Origin: Cyanobacteria bacterium P01_A01_bin.123
Lineage (GTDB): Bacteria; Cyanobacteriota; Cyanobacteriia; Phormidesmidales; Phormidesmidaceae
Assembly: GCA_039815185.1 (NCBI GenBank)
Contig: JBCBZT010000030.1
Span: 37,477-101,476 of the forward strand
Length of the DNA: 64,000 bases
Direction: 5' to 3'
The notes under the pieces are model-generated. The model saw only the letters and a list, made by a program, of their open reading frames with translations. It had not been told where the DNA came from and made no database searches. The position numbers and the translations under genes are program-made. Positions 28,060-38,645 of this stretch are shown in pieces (positions within the stretch are counted from its first letter, which is position 1; the number at the start of each line of letters is the position of its first letter).

Positions 28060-30381
28060 TTACTGCCCTAGGGTCTCAGGGGTGCTATTGACGGCTGGTT
28101 CAGCCGTTGGCCCGAGTTGCTGTTGCCATTCTTGTAAGCGGAGTTGGGCTGAGGCATAGGCTTCCGTTCGGGATGGCACTTGCTGTACTAGGGCAATAGC
28201 ACTGTTAAGATCAGATCGGGCTTGTGCTTCTGCCATGGATAGCAGTTCCCAACTCCAGCGATTGATGGCAGCAGCGGCATCTCCTTGAGTAGGACTGTTG
28301 GGAGAGACCTCAGCCGCGATCGCGATCGCCTGCGTTAAACCATTGGGGGTTCCAGATTGAGCGATTCGGTAAGCTTCTTGTAACTGCTGCGCCCCTTCGA
28401 TTTGACTGCGCCAATTGGCAATATCGGTTTGGGCTTCCTGATAGAGGGCGCGATTTGAGTTGATTTGTCCTGCTGTGGCGATCGCTTGCTGATAATTGCC
28501 CGTACTGGCAAGCTGTCGGGCCTGCGCCAACATGGGTTGATCTTCACGGCGCTGAATCTGGTTGCGCCAGCCCTGGATATTGTCTTGGGCTTCACGGTAA
28601 AGCGCTCGCCCTTGGCGAATGCGTTGGGCTTCCGCAATCGCAGCCTGTAGCGAAGCCGAATCTCCAGCAATAGCGATGGCATTAGCCCGATCGAGCAACG
28701 GTTGGTCTTCAATCGTCTCAATCCGCGCTTGCCAACTATTAATCTGCTCCTGGGCCTCGTCCCAAAGAGGATTTGAACGGGCAATATTGTTAGCCTCTAA
28801 GATCGCTGCCGACAGATCAGTCACGGTACCAGGGTCAGCAATTTGTCTTGCCCGAGCCAATTGGGTAATGCCTTGAGATTCTAGCCGCCAACGGCTAATT
28901 AAGGGTTGGGTGCGACTATACAAGGGGCGATCGCGACCAATGCTCTGCACCCGCAAAATGGCTGCTTCCAAATCGCTTACCGTGCCTTGCCAAGCCCGTT
29001 GATGGGCTTCAACAATGATGCGAAAGTCTGCAATCTCGGCTTGCAGATTGGCACTGGCCGGAATTTTTCCTAATACGACTAGGGCTTGCGCAGCATCGCG
29101 CCGATCCAGGGCGGTTTGGGCCAGATCTAACATGTCATCGGCGGTCTCTTTGAGCAGTCGTTGGGCCTCAGCGTAGAGGTAACTCTCAGGCTCGATCTCG
29201 CGAATCAGGTCAATGCCTTCGAGAATACTATCGACGGTACCCTTGCGAATCAAACTGCGCGCCTTCGCCAGCTGGGCCAAGTCTTGTCTCGCAGTGGTAA
29301 TCAGCTGGGTTACCTCTTCGTATTTTGTGGTTTCCCAGTAGGTGTTGCCCACTGACAGCAGTTGAATTGCTGTCGAAAATGCCTCTCGAAACTTTTGCTG
29401 TCGCAGCAAATCTTCAACGGTTTTGTAAATTTCTTCGGCACTGCTCCAAATTTCTAGCCAACTGTCGACTTGACTGTCTACCAACCCTCCAGCCGCAGTG
29501 CTTTCTGGGATGCGACGGGCAATCTTGATAGCGTTATCAATGTCTCCCTGATGAAAAGTGTCGTCGGCAATATCAAGAATACGCTCGGCCCAAGACTCAA
29601 TCCGTTCGTTAATTTCAAGGCGCAGGGGGTGATCCTCTGGCAAGCTGTTGACCAACTCAATAGCCGACAATAAAGAATCCACCGACCCTTCGTCTGCATA
29701 GGCTTCGGCACACTGAATCCGAGTGGCAGCCGGGGCCGTGGGCCAAAAAATGGCGGGGCAGTTGGGCAAGCCAGGAATGCGAAACAAACTCATTGCCGAC
29801 ACAACGGCCACAGTGCCAACGCATCCCAAAGATAGCAAAGACCAAAAAGCCCAGTTTCGTGAGAGTTGATGCAGCTTGGTAGATAGGCTTGATCGCAGCT
29901 CACTGCCCCGATTAACTCCTGATTCATCACTGTCATAAAAGCCAGGTTCGGTAATGACATCAGTGTCCAACAGCTGATGCGGAGCTGAATCCAAAGATTG
30001 GGCTCTCATATTTAGACTTTGTTGCCTACCAGACTGAGGTATTCCAGCTTGTGATGTCTCAGTTTGCGATGCCCCAGCCAGCGATGCCTGAGACTGAGCT
30101 CCACTAGCGTGAGAGGCATTGGGCAATGGTAAACCAGAGAAACCTTGGTTAAAGCCTTGAAATTCGTCACTTTCCCAGGGATCATCACCGTAGAGAGGCG
30201 GCGGTGGATGTGGACGAGAACGTTGCGCGGATCGGGGTGGCGGTGGCACCTTGGGCAAATTGAGCCCACGCTGTCTTTGAGCGGGTGGCTTAGGCCGGGC
30301 AGAGTCACGCTCTACTGGACGACCCGCAGGCGATCGCCGATTGAACCTATTGGGATTTCCGGGCTCTCGGTTTCCAGTCAT
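28060..30381 (-). CDS. Conserved cyanobacterial single-TM protein with helical repeats (often labelled chromosome segregation ATPase-like)
   Basis: Disordered N-terminus, TM, PNCPAIFWP, repeated A...A..I......Y..AQ..I..W units; no Walker A motif seen. Confidence 0.75.
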   Translation of the reverse strand: MTGNREPGNPNRFNRRSPAGRPVERDSARPKPPAQRQRGLNLPKVPPPPRSAQRSRPHPPPPLYGDDPWESDEFQGFNQGFSGLPLPNASHASGAQSQASLAGASQTETSQAGIPQSGRQQSLNMRAQSLDSAPHQLLDTDVITEPGFYDSDESGVNRGSELRSSLSTKLHQLSRNWAFWSLLSLGCVGTVAVVSAMSLFRIPGLPNCPAIFWPTAPAATRIQCAEAYADEGSVDSLLSAIELVNSLPEDHPLRLEINERIESWAERILDIADDTFHQGDIDNAIKIARRIPESTAAGGLVDSQVDSWLEIWSSAEEIYKTVEDLLRQQKFREAFSTAIQLLSVGNTYWETTKYEEVTQLITTARQDLAQLAKARSLIRKGTVDSILEGIDLIREIEPESYLYAEAQRLLKETADDMLDLAQTALDRRDAAQALVVLGKIPASANLQAEIADFRIIVEAHQRAWQGTVSDLEAAILRVQSIGRDRPLYSRTQPLISRWRLESQGITQLARARQIADPGTVTDLSAAILEANNIARSNPLWDEAQEQINSWQARIETIEDQPLLDRANAIAIAGDSASLQAAIAEAQRIRQGRALYREAQDNIQGWRNQIQRREDQPMLAQARQLASTGNYQQAIATAGQINSNRALYQEAQTDIANWRSQIEGAQQLQEAYRIAQSGTPNGLTQAIAIAAEVSPNSPTQGDAAAAINRWSWELLSMAEAQARSDLNSAIALVQQVPSRTEAYASAQLRLQEWQQQLGPTAEPAVNSTPETLGQ

Positions 30382-30560
30382 ACAGACTTTATGGAATTAA
30401 TGTACACCCATCCTTACCTTGGGAGAATCTCAGGTACTTTAACATCATGCGCCAAGTTGCTGATTAGTATACAGACGAGTCTTATAAAAAGCGCTTGATC
30501 TTTAAGGTATTGATCAAAATAATTTTCAAATCGGTTGTGGTTCAGGGTCACTAACGGCTA

Positions 30561-30602
30561 AAAGAGCGATCGAACCGTACAAGACAAGTTCGATCGCTCT
30601 TT
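30561..30602. terminator. Intrinsic terminator-like hairpin, 15-bp perfect arms
   Basis: aaagagcgatcgaac ... gttcgatcgctcttt, downstream of the 30651 gene. Confidence 0.7.
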
Positions 30603-30650
30603 GTAATCCACTAATTTAATTAAACAGTTTTGATTGAACAGCAGTCAGAT

Positions 30651-31106
30651 TTAACCTTCCGCCAGCACCAAATTATCTGGCATGAAAGTTTTCGCGGTCT
30701 TTGGAGCTGCGATCGCGTCTGCTGAATCAGGCTCTAAAAATACAAACAATCCAGGTACTGCTTCACCGTCCACCATACGAGTGTGGGGCTCAACTCGTTT
30801 AACCTTGGCAGTTTGGGCAATCTCCTCTAAGGAACCCAATAGCCCATCAGCATGGAGCGATTTGAAGTAAGCTCCAGGTTCTAAATGAATATGGTTGGAA
30901 AAGCGGGGCTCGACATAAATCACGTCTTGCATAACTGGCTTAGTCACATAGTCGCTAATACCTGCCTCAATGGCTTGAGCGATTTGAGCATTTGCAGCAA
31001 TCAGAACAACGCAAATAGCGGCCCAGATGCTTAAAAATATCGGAGCGAAGTATCGAGCAGTCATGGATTCTATCCTGTTAGCGTCTGGTTCAAAGACTTG
31101 GGCCAT
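30651..31106 (-). CDS. Hypothetical exported protein (start uncertain: 31136, 31106 or 31064)
   Basis: Hydrophobic signal-like segment followed by a soluble domain. Confidence 0.6.
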   Translation of the reverse strand: MAQVFEPDANRIESMTARYFAPIFLSIWAAICVVLIAANAQIAQAIEAGISDYVTKPVMQDVIYVEPRFSNHIHLEPGAYFKSLHADGLLGSLEEIAQTAKVKRVEPHTRMVDGEAVPGLFVFLEPDSADAIAAPKTAKTFMPDNLVLAEG

Positions 31107-31180
31107 CTGAAGATCACAGGAAGATAAAAATATCAACCTGACTCAGATGCCCAAAATTCTCTCAGCACTATATTAACAAA

Positions 31181-31216
31181 TATAAATTAATGTGGACTTA
31201 TAAATTAATGTGGGCT
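31181..31216. repeat. 18-bp tandem duplication
   Basis: tataaattaatgtggact tataaattaatgtgggct. Confidence 0.8.
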
Positions 31217-31343
31217 GTTGCAGGTTCGTTGTTTGCCCAACCTAAAAAAGTCTGCTCAGCCGTGGGGGGCAGTTCCTGGGAGATTCATGGACGCGATCGC
31301 GTCTATGAGTCATGCACATACCCTAGCTAGACTGCCTTTAAGC

Positions 31344-32144
31344 TTAGCGACCGATGGCTTTGACCATAAAGATGCCGCCAAAGTAGAGAAACAATACAGC
31401 GCCTGCCAGCAAGCTTTGGGTAATTGGGTCAGTCGATGGGGTCAACACTGCCCCGAGCACCGCTGCCCCCAACAACACATAACGCCACCCTTGTAGCATC
31501 CGCTTGGAATTGACAATACCTAAGAGCCCTAACAGTAGCTGAATGACCGGAATCTGAAACGCCAGCCCGGTGCTAAACATCAGCAGCAGTACAAATTCAA
31601 AATAGCGGTCAATCGACCACAGCTGCTCAACCACATCTTGGCCATAGCTGATGAAGAAATTAAGCGCAGCTGGAATTAGCGCAAAGTAAGAGAAGGCTAA
31701 TCCCGCAAAGAATAACACGCTCGAACCGAGCACAATCGGGCCTAAAAACCGCCGTTCTCGGCGGGTCAATCCAGGCAATACAAATTGAATAATCTGATAA
31801 AGAATCAGTGGGCTGACCACCAAGATTCCACTGTAGGCAGCAACCTTGATCGAAACAAAGAAATATTCCCCAGGGGAAAGCTGTAAAAACTTGGCCCCTT
31901 GGGCTGGAATTTCCAACACCGCGACAATCCGGTTGACTTGGGTAAAACAAGCCACAACACCAGCCACGATCGCAATCAGCGCGTAAAAAATCCGCATTCG
32001 CAGTTCTTCCAAATGGTCGAACAACGACATTTCCACATCATCCGGGATTTCGTTAGGGTCAGTGTCTGGCGGGTTTGGTGCTTTGGCCCCATTGGTTAGG
32101 GCGGTCTCTTGATCTGGCGTCTCTAGATTCGAAGGAGGCGTCAT
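31344..32144 (-). CDS. tatC: Twin-arginine translocase subunit C
   Basis: [30 protein letters not shown]. Confidence 0.96.
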   Translation of the reverse strand: MTPPSNLETPDQETALTNGAKAPNPPDTDPNEIPDDVEMSLFDHLEELRMRIFYALIAIVAGVVACFTQVNRIVAVLEIPAQGAKFLQLSPGEYFFVSIKVAAYSGILVVSPLILYQIIQFVLPGLTRRERRFLGPIVLGSSVLFFAGLAFSYFALIPAALNFFISYGQDVVEQLWSIDRYFEFVLLLMFSTGLAFQIPVIQLLLGLLGIVNSKRMLQGWRYVLLGAAVLGAVLTPSTDPITQSLLAGAVLFLYFGGIFMVKAIGR

Positions 32145-32268
32145 AGTGCTGGCTATTGGTAACCGGAATATCCGAAGGTTTCTTCAATTGTATCGAGATT
32201 AGAGGGCGAGATCCGTCGAAGCAATCAGGCCAGAATTGACTTTATTCAGCGGATTGTGATCGATTCCC

Positions 32269-33141
32269 TTAGTTTGAGGCAGTGAATGTGAGCGTCTCAA
32301 CGCTACCCGGTGCCCCTGCGGGATTGGCCTCACCGCCATTGTGGGACAGCGAGACAGCTCCAGCATTACCCGTAGTGATGCGGATTTCACGCTCGGCTGT
32401 CCAAGTTTCCGTTGTCCCTTGGGAGAGGGTGCCTTCATAAACAGAGTTGCCATCAGCAATTACCCTCATCCAGGCATCGCCGTTCAGGTCTACGCTGACC
32501 ACTACCGGAGCTTCTGGGGGAGCTTCTGGAGTCGTCGTGGATTCATCCTCTATGGTTCCGTCAGTAGTGTCTTCAGTAGCAGAGGGTTGGGAATCTCCAG
32601 AGGCTTCATTGGTACCGGGAGTGTTGTTGGCCTCTGTAGGATTAGAGGGTTGTGAACCAAGGTTTTGAATCACTGCGATCGCGCCACCCACCACAACGAT
32701 TGCTGCGCCTGCGATGGCGATCGGTATCAACGGCAGTTTTACAGACGGTCTAACCGGTTGAACCGATTCAACTACAGGCATCGGGGCAGGGTTAGGGGGC
32801 TCTGGCTCAGCCGCAACAGGGGTTTCCACCTGATTGTGGTTACCCTGATTACCCTGGTTGACTGCGAAGGTGACTCCAACGGGCTGCACTACAAACTCTT
32901 TAGACAACGCAATACCGTCTAAACCTAGGGCCTCGCCATAACGACGGATGAAACCCTGGATAAAAATGGGCTCTGGTAAGGCATCTGCATCCCCTTCTTC
33001 GATGGCTCGAATCAGCGAGGCACGAATAAAAATCTCAGCAGCAACATCTTCAATGGGCTTGGACATCGTTTTCCGGGTTTGATGCAGATAGGCACCAATC
33101 TCCCGAAGCTGTTCGAGTTGAGCAAAATCTAGTTTAGCCAC
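32269..33141 (-). CDS. rodZ: RodZ-like protein (HTH + TM + DUF4115)
   Basis: IRAIEEG...LPEPIFIQGFIRRYG; AWMRVIADG...GNAGAV. Confidence 0.8.
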   Translation of the reverse strand: MAKLDFAQLEQLREIGAYLHQTRKTMSKPIEDVAAEIFIRASLIRAIEEGDADALPEPIFIQGFIRRYGEALGLDGIALSKEFVVQPVGVTFAVNQGNQGNHNQVETPVAAEPEPPNPAPMPVVESVQPVRPSVKLPLIPIAIAGAAIVVVGGAIAVIQNLGSQPSNPTEANNTPGTNEASGDSQPSATEDTTDGTIEDESTTTPEAPPEAPVVVSVDLNGDAWMRVIADGNSVYEGTLSQGTTETWTAEREIRITTGNAGAVSLSHNGGEANPAGAPGSVETLTFTASN

Positions 33142-33377
33142 GCCACTTAGTGATCAACACCTGCCATAAATCTTATGCTGAATTGATGCATATCTTAACC
33201 TCTATGGTTAAAGAAGACTGACTCAGCCCCATACCAGTCTGTACATTGGCCGAAATTCCTGAGGCAATTTTAGGACAGGGTTGGCAGTAAATCGACGACA
33301 GAATACTGCAGATCTAAATCAGGTGAGTTACTTTAACGAGCGTAAGGAGCCTTGCCGTACAACTATTAAAACCCACT

Positions 33378-34130
33378 ATGAGAGTTTACAACGCCTTGAT
33401 TGGCCTGGTTTTAAGTACATGTTTATTTTTGGGAACCACTGCTTGCAGCCAATCACCTGGCATTCTATCGAACCTAACCCATCAATTTGAGGGGTATACC
33501 CAAAAGACGGCCAGTGTCGATGGCATTGGCAAAGTCTATATGGGCCGCGAAATTGCCCAAGTTATGGGTCACCAGGGGGCTTATTGGCTAGAGCGTCCTA
33601 GTCGAGCTGGGCAAGAAAACCCTGACGCTGCGATCGCGGCCCTAAACCTCTCTCCTGATGCAATTGTTGCAGACATTGGCGCAGGTACAGGCTATATGAG
33701 CTTCCGCGTTGCCGCTGAAGTACCTGGAGGTCAAGTTTTTGCCGTCGATGTCCAGCCTGAAATGATTGAGTTTATCCAGCAAAATAAAAGCGAGAAGGCG
33801 ATTACCAATGTTGAGCCGATTTTGAGCACTGACCAAGATCCCAACTTGCCTGCTGAAACCATTGATTTGGCAATCATGGTAGACGCCTACCACGAATTTG
33901 AATATCCCCACGAGATGATGCAGCACATTTTTGCAGCGCTCAAACCGGGTGGGCGAGTGGTCTTAGCTGAATATCGAGCTGAAAACCCATTAGTGATGAT
34001 CAAACGCCTCCACAAAATGAGTCAGGCTCAGGTCAAGCGAGAAATGGCGACCGTCGGGCTGAGCTGGGAGAAAACGGATGATCGCTTGCCTCAGCAGCAT
34101 TTGATGTTCTTTGTAAAGCGTGAGGGATGA
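33378..34130 (+). CDS. Class I SAM-dependent methyltransferase with lipoprotein-like signal
   Basis: VADIGAGTGY, VDAYHEF, LKPGGR; TTAC lipobox-like. Confidence 0.88.
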   Translation: MRVYNALIGLVLSTCLFLGTTACSQSPGILSNLTHQFEGYTQKTASVDGIGKVYMGREIAQVMGHQGAYWLERPSRAGQENPDAAIAALNLSPDAIVADIGAGTGYMSFRVAAEVPGGQVFAVDVQPEMIEFIQQNKSEKAITNVEPILSTDQDPNLPAETIDLAIMVDAYHEFEYPHEMMQHIFAALKPGGRVVLAEYRAENPLVMIKRLHKMSQAQVKREMATVGLSWEKTDDRLPQQHLMFFVKREG

Positions 34131-34308
34131 GGCGCAAGGGATAAGGGGGTCAGAGATACCAGGATGCAAGACTAGATTATCGAATCCAACTAAGCCGATA
34201 AGCAATTATGACTAGTCATCTTCGTCACAATCCGTCACAATAGGGGACATAAGAAACATTTTTGTTGTTTAACTGGGTTGGCTCTTTTGGCCCGATAAGG
34301 AGGACTCG

Positions 34309-36048
34309 ATGGTTGCGATCGCCCCACAAGCTACAAACAAAACTGAAAACCGCCTGACCATGCAGGTGGTGGATATCGCAGAAGATACGACCGTGCTGCG
34401 ATCGCTAGATTGGAATCGCGATCGCTTTGACATCGAGTTCGGCCTGCAAAACGGCACGACCTACAATAGCTATATTATTCGCGGCGAAAAAACGGCGCTA
34501 GTTGACACGTCTCATGCTAAGTTTCGCGATCTCTACTTAGCGGAACTTAAAAGCCAAATTGACCCCGCGACAATCGATTACATCGTTATTAGTCACACTG
34601 AACCTGACCACAGCGGCCTCGTGCGTGATGTGTTGGAACTAGCCCCTAATGCAACGGTGGTCGGGGCAAAGGTCGCGATCGCATTTTTAGAAGACTTAGT
34701 TCACCGTCCCTTTGAACGGCTCCAGGTGAAAAACGGCGACACCCTGGATCTGGGTAACGGCCACGTGCTGGAATTCGTCAGTGCCCCCAATCTCCATTGG
34801 CCCGATACTATCTTCTCCTACGATCCAAAAACCCAGGTGCTATTTACCTGTGATGCCTTCGGCCTGCACTACTGCACCGATGACACCTACGACGAAGATC
34901 TCGAAGGGCTCTCTCCAGACTTTCGCTTCTATTACGACTGTTTAATGGCTCCCAACGCTCGATCTGTGCTGTCTGCGATGAAGCGGATGGATGCCCTGGG
35001 CGACATTACAACAATTGCGACAGGCCACGGGCCGCTGCTAAACCGCAACTTGGAAGAGTTGACCGGGCGTTACCGCCGCTGGAGCCAGGCCAAAACCAAG
35101 GCTGAAACCACAGTTGCCGTGTTCTACACCTCTGACTATGGCTACAGCGATCGCATTTCCCAAGCCCTAGCACGAGGGGTGACCAAAACTGGCGTCAATG
35201 TGGAGATGATGGATTTACGCTTTGCCGATGTCCATGAACTTAATGAATTGCTGGGCCGCGCCCAAGCCCTGCTCCTCAGCATGCCGCCATCTTCGGGTGA
35301 AGCTGCTAAAGATCCCCAGGCCGCTTTGGCTAACATTTTGGCTGCCGTCCACGACAAGCAAACAGTAGGCCTGTTTGAGGCCTATGGCGGCGATGATGAA
35401 CCCATCGATCCGTTAATGAATAAGTTTCAAGATCTGGAACTCAAGGTTGCCTTTGCCCCCATCAAAGTCAAAGACACCCCCTCCGAAGCTCTTTATCAAC
35501 TCCTGAGTGAAACCGGGACTGATTTGGGCCAAGACTTGAGTAAGTCCAAAAAAATGAAAAAGCTGAAAGCCTTGGATGCTGATTTACAAAAGGCCCTGGG
35601 TCGAATCAGCAGCGGACTTTACATCATCACAGCCCAAAAAGGCGAGGTTAATGGTGCGATGCTGGCATCTTGGGTGTCCCAAGCCAGCTTCAAACCCCTC
35701 GGCTTCACCGTGGCTGTTGCAAAAGACCGAGCCATCGAGTCATTAATGCAGGTAGGCGATCGCTTTGTGCTCAACATTCTAGAAGAGGGCAACTACGGCG
35801 ACCTGATGAAACACTTCCTAAAGCGCTTCCCCCCCGGTGCCGATCGCTTTGCCGGCATCCGCACCCGCCCCGCAGTCAACGGTTCCCCTATCCTCGCTGA
35901 CGCCCTTGCTTACCTAGAATGCGAAGTCACCAGCCGCATGGAAGCCAGCGACCACTGGCTGGTCTACTGCACCGTGCAAGACGGCAAAGTGTCCAAACCC
36001 GAAGGGTTGACGGCGGTGCATCACCGCAAGGTCGGAAATTACTATTAG
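34309..36048 (+). CDS. flv3: Class C flavodiiron protein, Flv3-type
   Basis: RSLDWNRDRFDIEFGLQNGTTYNSY, canonical SHTEPDH; flavodoxin and flavin reductase domains. Confidence 0.88.
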   Translation: MVAIAPQATNKTENRLTMQVVDIAEDTTVLRSLDWNRDRFDIEFGLQNGTTYNSYIIRGEKTALVDTSHAKFRDLYLAELKSQIDPATIDYIVISHTEPDHSGLVRDVLELAPNATVVGAKVAIAFLEDLVHRPFERLQVKNGDTLDLGNGHVLEFVSAPNLHWPDTIFSYDPKTQVLFTCDAFGLHYCTDDTYDEDLEGLSPDFRFYYDCLMAPNARSVLSAMKRMDALGDITTIATGHGPLLNRNLEELTGRYRRWSQAKTKAETTVAVFYTSDYGYSDRISQALARGVTKTGVNVEMMDLRFADVHELNELLGRAQALLLSMPPSSGEAAKDPQAALANILAAVHDKQTVGLFEAYGGDDEPIDPLMNKFQDLELKVAFAPIKVKDTPSEALYQLLSETGTDLGQDLSKSKKMKKLKALDADLQKALGRISSGLYIITAQKGEVNGAMLASWVSQASFKPLGFTVAVAKDRAIESLMQVGDRFVLNILEEGNYGDLMKHFLKRFPPGADRFAGIRTRPAVNGSPILADALAYLECEVTSRMEASDHWLVYCTVQDGKVSKPEGLTAVHHRKVGNYY

Positions 36049-36281
36049 CAGACAGAAGAGAGGAGTCAGAAGAGATTGTTAGGCCGTTCAAACTTCAGTT
36101 GGAATGTAGTTAAAAGCCATCTATATGTTGCGATGCATAAACCAACTGAAGTCTTACCTTAAGACCAGTCAAGCAGGATTTTGGGTAGGGTACGGTTATT
36201 TTTGTAGTTTTTGCGTCTTAGTTTTTTCTTTTGCGCTAGTTGCAAAATTGCACATTCTTTTCGTGATCAGGGGCATACCAA

Positions 36282-36674
36282 ATGCTTGAAATTCTAAAAC
36301 ATTACCCCAAGCGATCATCGCTGTTTGTTGGTTTTGCAATAGGTCTTGCTACTAATGTGATTAGTCGTCGCTTGTGTGGCTTTGATCAAGCGTGCGTAGA
36401 TGGTGGTGCTAATCCTTTCCACCAGTTTGCACTTATCTTGGGATCAGTTGCAGTCGGGATCTATAGTCTCGTATATGTTCAGCGTGGTATCCCTATCAAA
36501 ACGATCACTTTCATAAGTGTAGTTCTACTAACCTGGTTATCTGTTGGGGATGGTGGGATTCGAAGCTTTATTCCAGGTGATCCGGGTTCGCCTCCAACCT
36601 ACATGTTGGCCTTCGGTATTACTTCTTTAGTATTCATCTTTGCTATTGAACTATTGGCTAAAGGAAAGGATTAA
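36282..36674 (+). CDS. Hypothetical 4-TM membrane protein
   Basis: 130-aa hydrophobic ORF in an AT-richer interval between the flv genes. Confidence 0.55.
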   Translation: MLEILKHYPKRSSLFVGFAIGLATNVISRRLCGFDQACVDGGANPFHQFALILGSVAVGIYSLVYVQRGIPIKTITFISVVLLTWLSVGDGGIRSFIPGDPGSPPTYMLAFGITSLVFIFAIELLAKGKD

Positions 36675-36890
36675 CGTAAAAGCTAGAGTTAGTTGAATAC
36701 CTGAAATGCTGATTGTATAAACGGTCTAACAATGTCCATGCACACCGACCGCTAAGAAATTATTGATTCTCTTGAAAGGCTGTCTATGGCAAGTGATGGT
36801 CACTGATAGGTGGATAAGCCCATCATCATTATCACTCCTCCCTTTCTCTTCTAAACGCTAACAGTTCACTATTATCTCCCCCCAAGAACC

Positions 36891-38609
36891 ATGTCTACCG
36901 AAAAGCCTAGGGACGTTCAAACCTTGCCAATTGCAGCGGATACGATTGCACTGCGGTCGCGCAGTTGGAATCGGTTAAGATTTGAAATCGAATACGGGTT
37001 GGAGCGGGGCACAACGGCCAATAGCTATGTGATTCGGGGCGATTCGGTGGCGTTGATTGATCCGCCGGGGGAATCGTTTACGGAAATCTTTTTGGCCGCG
37101 TTGAAGGAGAGCGTCGATCCGACAACTATTGATTACGTGATTTTGGGTCATACCAATCCCAACCGCATAGCCACGCTGAAGGTGTTGCTATCGGTAAATC
37201 CGAAAATAACGGTGGTGTGTTCAAATCCGGCCGCGATCGCGCTCAAAGCGGCATTTGTTGAGACCCCTTTGAATTTACGCGTGATCAAGAGTTCCCGCGA
37301 CGAAACGTTAGATTTGGGCCAAGGCCATAGGCTTGAGTTTGTGCCCATGCCAACCCCCCGCTGGCCCGACGGCATGGCTACTTACGACAGCTACGCCGAA
37401 GTGCTCTACACCGATAAGTTTTACGGTGCTCATGTTTGTGGCGATGCGGTTTACGACCTGGGTTGGGAAGCCCTGCTCGAAGATCGCCGTTACTACTTCG
37501 ACTGTTTGATGGCCCCCAATGCTCGCCAAGTCGAAACTGCCCTAGAGAGACTAGACGACTATCCAGCCCGGCTCTATGCACCAAACCATGGCCCCTTGGT
37601 GGCCTACGGCTTGACTGAACTGCGCCACGCTTACCAGCAGTGGAGCCAAAAGCAAAAGGAAAAAGAGCAATCAGTCGTGCTGATTTACGCCTCTGCCTAT
37701 GGCAATACAGCAACGTTAGCCCAGGCGATCGCCAGGGGGATTACCAAAGCCGGGGTAGCTGTCGAATCGATTAACGCCGAAACCGCTGACCCCGAAGACA
37801 TTCGCACCGCTGTGGAAAAGGCGGCTGGATTCGTCATTGGCTCTCCCACGCTGGGGGGGCATCCCCCTACTCAGATTCAGACCGCTTTGGGCATTATTCT
37901 TTCCACGGCAGCTAAAACTAAGCCATCTGGGGTGTTTGGTTCTTTCGGCTGGAGTGGAGAAGCGATCGATTTACTTGAAAGCAAACTCAAAGATGCGGGC
38001 TACAGCTTTGGCTTTGAAACGATTCGCTGCAAATTCAAACCCACAGATGTCACCCTCAAGCTGTGTGAAGAGTCTGGGACAGACTTTGCCCAATCTCTAA
38101 AGAAAGCTAAGCGGGCCAAGTCGCCCCGTACCCCGGCGACTGCCGTTGAGCAGGCAGTGGGGCGGATTGTTGGGTCGTTGTGCGTTGTCACAGCTCAGCA
38201 GGGGGAAGTTGCCAGCGCCATGTTGGCCTCCTGGGTGTCCCAAGCCACCTTTAACCCGCCTGGATTTACAGTAGCCGTGGCTAAAGAGCGCGCAGTAGAA
38301 GCGTTAATGTATCCGGGCAACCCGTTTGCCCTCAATATTTTGGCCGAAGGGAAACATCTTGGCCCAATGAAGCATTTTCTCAAACCCTTTAGTCCTGGGG
38401 AAGATCGCTTTGCGGGTGTTGAAACGGATACAGCTGAAAATGGTATGCCGGTGCTCAAGGATGCGATCGCGTATTTAGAGTGCGAGGTTAGCAGCCGCAT
38501 GGACTGTGGCGATCACTGGGTGGTTTATGCAACCGTAACCCAAGGGAAACTTTTACAAGCCAACGATAAAACCGCTGTTCACCACCGCAAATCGGGTAGT
38601 CATTACTAG
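36891..38609 (+). CDS. flv1: Class C flavodiiron protein, Flv1-type
   Basis: RLRFEIEYGLERGTTANSY, non-canonical GHTNPNR; ends HHRKSGSHY. Confidence 0.88.
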   Translation: MSTEKPRDVQTLPIAADTIALRSRSWNRLRFEIEYGLERGTTANSYVIRGDSVALIDPPGESFTEIFLAALKESVDPTTIDYVILGHTNPNRIATLKVLLSVNPKITVVCSNPAAIALKAAFVETPLNLRVIKSSRDETLDLGQGHRLEFVPMPTPRWPDGMATYDSYAEVLYTDKFYGAHVCGDAVYDLGWEALLEDRRYYFDCLMAPNARQVETALERLDDYPARLYAPNHGPLVAYGLTELRHAYQQWSQKQKEKEQSVVLIYASAYGNTATLAQAIARGITKAGVAVESINAETADPEDIRTAVEKAAGFVIGSPTLGGHPPTQIQTALGIILSTAAKTKPSGVFGSFGWSGEAIDLLESKLKDAGYSFGFETIRCKFKPTDVTLKLCEESGTDFAQSLKKAKRAKSPRTPATAVEQAVGRIVGSLCVVTAQQGEVASAMLASWVSQATFNPPGFTVAVAKERAVEALMYPGNPFALNILAEGKHLGPMKHFLKPFSPGEDRFAGVETDTAENGMPVLKDAIAYLECEVSSRMDCGDHWVVYATVTQGKLLQANDKTAVHHRKSGSHY

Positions 38610-38645
38610 CCATAAAACGTTCTTGCCATCAGGCTTTGGTGTTTT

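Noticed and set aside
36891..38609. Inactivated flavodiiron pseudogene
   Set aside because: Non-canonical iron ligands are a normal feature of Flv1-type proteins and the ORF is intact
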